Assembly (NCBI GenBank): GCA_963771465.1
Contig: CAVYTU010000014.1
Span: forward strand, 32,001 to 96,000
DNA from: an uncultured delta proteobacterium
GTDB taxonomy: Bacteria; Desulfobacterota; Binatia; UBA9968
Direction: 5' to 3'
DNA length: 64,000 bases
The notes beneath the pieces are model-generated. The model made no database searches. It was not told the origin of the DNA and worked only from the letters and a program-made list of their open reading frames with translations. The position numbers were made by a program, and so were the translations under genes. This document shows, one piece after another, positions 60,147 through 64,000 of this stretch (positions are counted from its first letter, which is position 1; each line of letters starts with the position of its first letter).

Positions 60147-62000
60147 TCAATTTTTGACGCTAGCCAGAATAACCTCAGCCGCCTTTTCGCCGATCATATA
60201 GACTGCGCTGACGATGAAGAAACCGGGGATGCGCGGGAACACCGAGGCATCGACGACACGCAGTCCGTGGACACCGTGGACACGAAAGTCGCTGTCGAGC
60301 ACACCACCTTGTTCCCTCGGCCCGATGGGACAGCTGCACGAGGCGTGATGGCCCCAGGCGTTGTCGCGCACGAATTCTCTCAGTTCATCGTCTGTTTGGC
60401 ATCGCTCGCCGGGCAATTCCTCGGCAGCGATCAAGCCTTTTCCCCTTAAATCTTTAGTCATCGCCCGGACAAAGCGAATCCCCTCGACCACGGCGTCCAA
60501 GTCTTTACCGTCGCGATCGCTCCCTTCGTCGAAATAACGGAAGTCGATCTTCGGTGGTTGGCGTGGATCGGCCGATTGTAAAGTTACCGTGCCGGCACGA
60601 TTGAGCGTGCGTGCCTTGAGGATAATCCAGCTCAAGTAGTTTTGCCGTTCGGCGATCAACTTCGAATAGCCTGGGAAATACCCGCGAAAGTTTCCCACCA
60701 GACCGGCGCAAAACAGATCGGGAATTTTATCGTACTTAGATTGCATGACAATCGCGAGCACGCTGCCGTTGGCCGTGTAGACGCCTTTTTTTTGCGTCTG
60801 CCATTCACGAAACTGAGAGTCTCCGTTGGTGAATTTGGCGCCGGCTAACATTTGCCAATCGTCTTTCATTCGATTGACGACGCTGACTTCGTAGCGGTCT
60901 TGGAGATTTTTGCCAACTCCCGCAAGGTCCATTTTGGTTTCGATGCCGTGGCGGGCCAATTCCTGCCGCGGACCGATACCGGAAAGCATCAACAACTGTG
61001 GCGTATTGAATGCGCCGCCGCAAAGTATGACTTCTCTAATCGCCTTAGCCTGCCGTCTTTCGCCGGCAGCGTTGCTGGGATTGGTATGCGCCCGGTACAA
61101 TCGCTCGCCCTTGAGATACTCCACGCCGCTCGCACGATGGTCGCGGTCGAGAAGAACCCGAGTCACCAGTGCGTCACATTCGATGTGTAACTTGTCAGGA
61201 AATTTCTCGGCGACGCTCAGCACTCTTTCGCGGCTACCGATGCGGACATGGCCGTGCGTCGTCAGCGGCACCAAGCGCAGCCCGGCTGCACTGGCTTTCA
61301 CCTGCCGCCAGTCGTTGGGATCACCGCGGGTTTTGAAGAAACCGCGCAGCCGTTCGAGACGAGCGCCGATTTGCGAAGAGGCGTCCACGGCCAACTGTTC
61401 CAAGACTTTTCGCAAGCGGCGATTGCCGAGCGATTCCATCGGCATCGCCAACTCGGTGGTCAACCAACCGTCAAAGCCATGGCGCGCCGGGTTAAAACCG
61501 GTGAGCTTGGAGATCCAGCGTTTGAGCGGACGGTGCTGGCAGTTCTCGATCCGTTCGAAGTAGCGGCGCATATTGTCCGCGCGCCACGTCGAGTCGCCGG
61601 TCGACGCGGCGATGTCGTCCCAATCCGCGTTATGCGGATAAATGAGAATCATCGCGTTGTGCGCCGTGCAACCGCCGAGTGTGCCAGCGCGCGGGTAGAG
61701 CACGCCGCGTTGTGCCGCGCTATATTTGCCATCTTTCTTTTGGCGCTCTTCGTCGGCGTAGTGATTGACGAAGTAATCCCAACGCAGCGCCGGATTTTCC
61801 GACGCGAAGGCGTGGAAGGCCGGTACTTGGTAGTCTTGCGGCAGTCTCGAATCGGTTAGCTGAAACGGATCGCCGCCGGCTTCGAGCAGCAACACCGTGC
61901 GGCCCGCTTCAGCTAACCGCGCCGCCAGCGTACCGCCGCCCGCTCCCGAACCGACAACGATAAATTCGTATTCACCAGAGGGAGCGGTAGCTTCAGACAT
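60147..62000 (-). CDS. GMC-family FAD oxidoreductase
   Basis: VGSGAGG, LGGCTAHNAMI, GGAFNTPQLLMLSGIG, WGHHAS, LRVVDASVFP. Confidence 0.9.
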   Translation of the reverse strand: MSEATAPSGEYEFIVVGSGAGGGTLAARLAEAGRTVLLLEAGGDPFQLTDSRLPQDYQVPAFHAFASENPALRWDYFVNHYADEERQKKDGKYSAAQRGVLYPRAGTLGGCTAHNAMILIYPHNADWDDIAASTGDSTWRADNMRRYFERIENCQHRPLKRWISKLTGFNPARHGFDGWLTTELAMPMESLGNRRLRKVLEQLAVDASSQIGARLERLRGFFKTRGDPNDWRQVKASAAGLRLVPLTTHGHVRIGSRERVLSVAEKFPDKLHIECDALVTRVLLDRDHRASGVEYLKGERLYRAHTNPSNAAGERRQAKAIREVILCGGAFNTPQLLMLSGIGPRQELARHGIETKMDLAGVGKNLQDRYEVSVVNRMKDDWQMLAGAKFTNGDSQFREWQTQKKGVYTANGSVLAIVMQSKYDKIPDLFCAGLVGNFRGYFPGYSKLIAERQNYLSWIILKARTLNRAGTVTLQSADPRQPPKIDFRYFDEGSDRDGKDLDAVVEGIRFVRAMTKDLRGKGLIAAEELPGERCQTDDELREFVRDNAWGHHASCSCPIGPREQGGVLDSDFRVHGVHGLRVVDASVFPRIPGFFIVSAVYMIGEKAAEVILASVKN

Positions 62001-62017
62001 TGGAACGATTTTCTCTG

Positions 62018-62257
62018 CCGGATGCATTCAGGCTACGGGGAAACCTGACGACACGGGTTGATCGAGGTGTGACCCTGGAGGAACGAAGGCACCGGCGCGA
62101 ATGTTTCATTTTGAGCTCAGCGCTGGGCACGATCTTTGACCCTTTCGCCGCTGATCCATTCGCAAGTCGCCCGCATGCAATCTTCAAGGCACAACTGCTT
62201 TGCCTTCGTTCCGGAAGGGTTGCACCTCGATCAACGTTTTACCGCGCATAATCCGGG
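62018..62257 (+). mobile_element. MITE-like structured element, copy 3
   Basis: ccggatgcattca...gcgcataatccggg followed by ctag (stop of the neighbouring gene); same core. Confidence 0.75.
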
Positions 62258-64000
62258 CTAGAAGGTTTTCAAGAATTCGATCAACGCGCGCTTGTCGTCA
62301 TCGCTCAACGCCTGCGTTTCCTTGGAAAAGCCAGTGCCAAAGTAATGACCTTTATTGGCGACGAAGTCAGGGCACTTGCTCACTTTCAACAGATCGGGAA
62401 CCAATCCCTTAAATACTTCGGCTGCCTCCTTTTCGCTCTTGCCCTCAACCGCCTTGAGATCAGCTTTCATCCTCAGCAGCAACTTACCCAGATCGAGCTT
62501 GTTGGTATCGAGGTCGATGTTGGTCAACAAGTTCACCGGCGTCCCTTTCGGGATCGGGCCGATCTGAATTCCCTCTTCGCTGAAGAGCCAGGGAAACCAG
62601 CGGTTCAGCCAGCCGCCCCAGCTCAGCATTTTTTCCAGCAGCGGCGAGACGAAACCGGGCGCGACTTTGATATAGCTGGTTTCGGTCGTGCGAAAGATGA
62701 ATCCTGGCACCTTGTCGCCGAGAATCGGATCTTTGTCGCGTTTCTCCGGCCAGAGCATTTTCTCGATGGAGTCGTTAAACGAATCCAGACGGGAATCCAC
62801 CGACGGATTCGCGTTGAACTTGCCCACGGAGTTATTTAACAGAAACGGCGCCGTCGACCACAAGCTGATCAACGACGGCACGCGTGTATAGCCACGGCCG
62901 CCGGCGGGCATGTCATATTCCCAAGGACTGCCGTCGATGGGGTTATGCACGGTGAGCTTGCCCACCGACGGCAGGTCTTTATAAGTCTGCGACGAAAAAT
63001 TGTCCCAGATATTGCCGCCGAGCGCGTTGGTCGCTAGCGGGCTGCACGCGTTGGTCTGCAACAGCGTCACCGGGATGCGCCGCTCGGTGGACAGATAATT
63101 GTCGGCGAGAAAATCATCGGCCATGACCATGTCCGTCATCTTCTTTTTGAAGTCGTCGGTCTTGGTCCAGCCCCAGTATTGATCCCAGTTCTTGTCGTCC
63201 ACTCCGGCCGGCGCATCGGGAATCTTGCTCGAATGGCAACGCGCGCAGTTCTCGGCGAATACTACCTTGCCGCGAGTCAGCTGGGCTTTATCCTTGGATA
63301 GATGCTTTTCCCCGCCGGGCGCGTCCTTCAGCGAGTCGGGCTTGGCGGTCTTGAGAAAGAACAGCGCGACATCCGGCGTCTGTTCCTGTGTGGCGTTCCA
63401 GTAGCTGGAGTTCTTGTTGGCGTCGGCGATCTTGATCGGCGTGACTTTCTGGCCGCCCACCAGCGCGTTGAAATGAAGCAGCCATTCTTCGCTGAACAGG
63501 CCGATGTTAATATAGACTCGGTTCAAGGCGCCGAGTATCCCCACCGAGTCGGCGCCGTCTTTTAATACATGCGCCGTCCAGACTTTGTCCGGCTCTTTGA
63601 AATACTGCGACAGCGCCGCAGTGCGTTTGTAGTGCTGGAACTGTTTGTTATCGCGGCCGCCGCCGGCCAATGTTTCTTCGCCCCAACGTTCGGCGATCTT
63701 GAGCCGCGCGCCGACGTTATAAACCGCGTTCATGGTGCGCGGGTTGTTAATATAATCCGTCGATACAAACGAGGTGTCGAGCGTGCCCGGCAACGAAGTA
63801 TGGATCAGCTGGTAGATGAAATTCGCCGGGTCGTTTTCCCAAAACAGCACGCGGTCCACCCAAAAATATTGCGACCCGGGATTGGAATTGATGTTTTCCC
63901 ACTTGGGATTTTCCGGGTTCTCCGGCGGTTTCACCGGGCTTGGACCGACATGGCAAAAGCCGCAGGACATGCCGACACGATAGGGACGAACCAAATCTTT
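62258..64000 (-). CDS. Large multi-heme c-type cytochrome (RoxA/bCcP-superfamily-like); 5' end lies outside the window
   Basis: CGFCH and CARCH heme motifs; RGKVVF before the second CxxCH; PSLISLWSTAPFLLNNSV; LSDDDKRALIEFLKTF. Confidence 0.75.
   Translation of the reverse strand, partial: KDLVRPYRVGMSCGFCHVGPSPVKPPENPENPKWENINSNPGSQYFWVDRVLFWENDPANFIYQLIHTSLPGTLDTSFVSTDYINNPRTMNAVYNVGARLKIAERWGEETLAGGGRDNKQFQHYKRTAALSQYFKEPDKVWTAHVLKDGADSVGILGALNRVYINIGLFSEEWLLHFNALVGGQKVTPIKIADANKNSSYWNATQEQTPDVALFFLKTAKPDSLKDAPGGEKHLSKDKAQLTRGKVVFAENCARCHSSKIPDAPAGVDDKNWDQYWGWTKTDDFKKKMTDMVMADDFLADNYLSTERRIPVTLLQTNACSPLATNALGGNIWDNFSSQTYKDLPSVGKLTVHNPIDGSPWEYDMPAGGRGYTRVPSLISLWSTAPFLLNNSVGKFNANPSVDSRLDSFNDSIEKMLWPEKRDKDPILGDKVPGFIFRTTETSYIKVAPGFVSPLLEKMLSWGGWLNRWFPWLFSEEGIQIGPIPKGTPVNLLTNIDLDTNKLDLGKLLLRMKADLKAVEGKSEKEAAEVFKGLVPDLLKVSKCPDFVANKGHYFGTGFSKETQALSDDDKRALIEFLKTF

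Noticed and set aside
51289-62257. CRISPR array or riboswitch interpretation of the three-copy repeat
   Set aside because: Copies are over 200 bp, dispersed and lack spacers; no cas genes are present; I recognise no riboswitch consensus

Overview
GC-rich (roughly 55-60%), gene-dense bacterial chromosomal segment. The many stand-alone NMT1/SsuA-like and class-II solute-binding proteins, amidohydrolase, LigAB, cupin, OCD-like and UbiD genes resemble Candidatus Binatia/Binatota-type genomes; this is an inference, not a database result. I found no rRNA, tRNA, CRISPR array or intact transposase. Main points: (1) An apparent operon at 47.9-56.8 kb: aas, then a heme-oxygenase-like diiron (HDO) domain fused to an enolase-superfamily domain (one frameshift), a GH3-family amide ligase, a membrane protein and bioB. 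(2) A three-gene module at 43.0-46.9 kb: a NoeA-like kinase/methyltransferase, a 79-aa 'AYIDPGT' membrane peptide and a Thr-nucleophile sulfatase-fold membrane protein. (3) Three copies of a ~210-250 bp non-coding element with IS1380-like termini, 4-bp CTAA/CTAG duplications at stop codons and covarying stems. (4) An atypical multi-heme protein paired with a GMC oxidoreductase. (5) A LigB-like protein lacking the catalytic His. Several genes carry single-base indels that look like long-read consensus errors.
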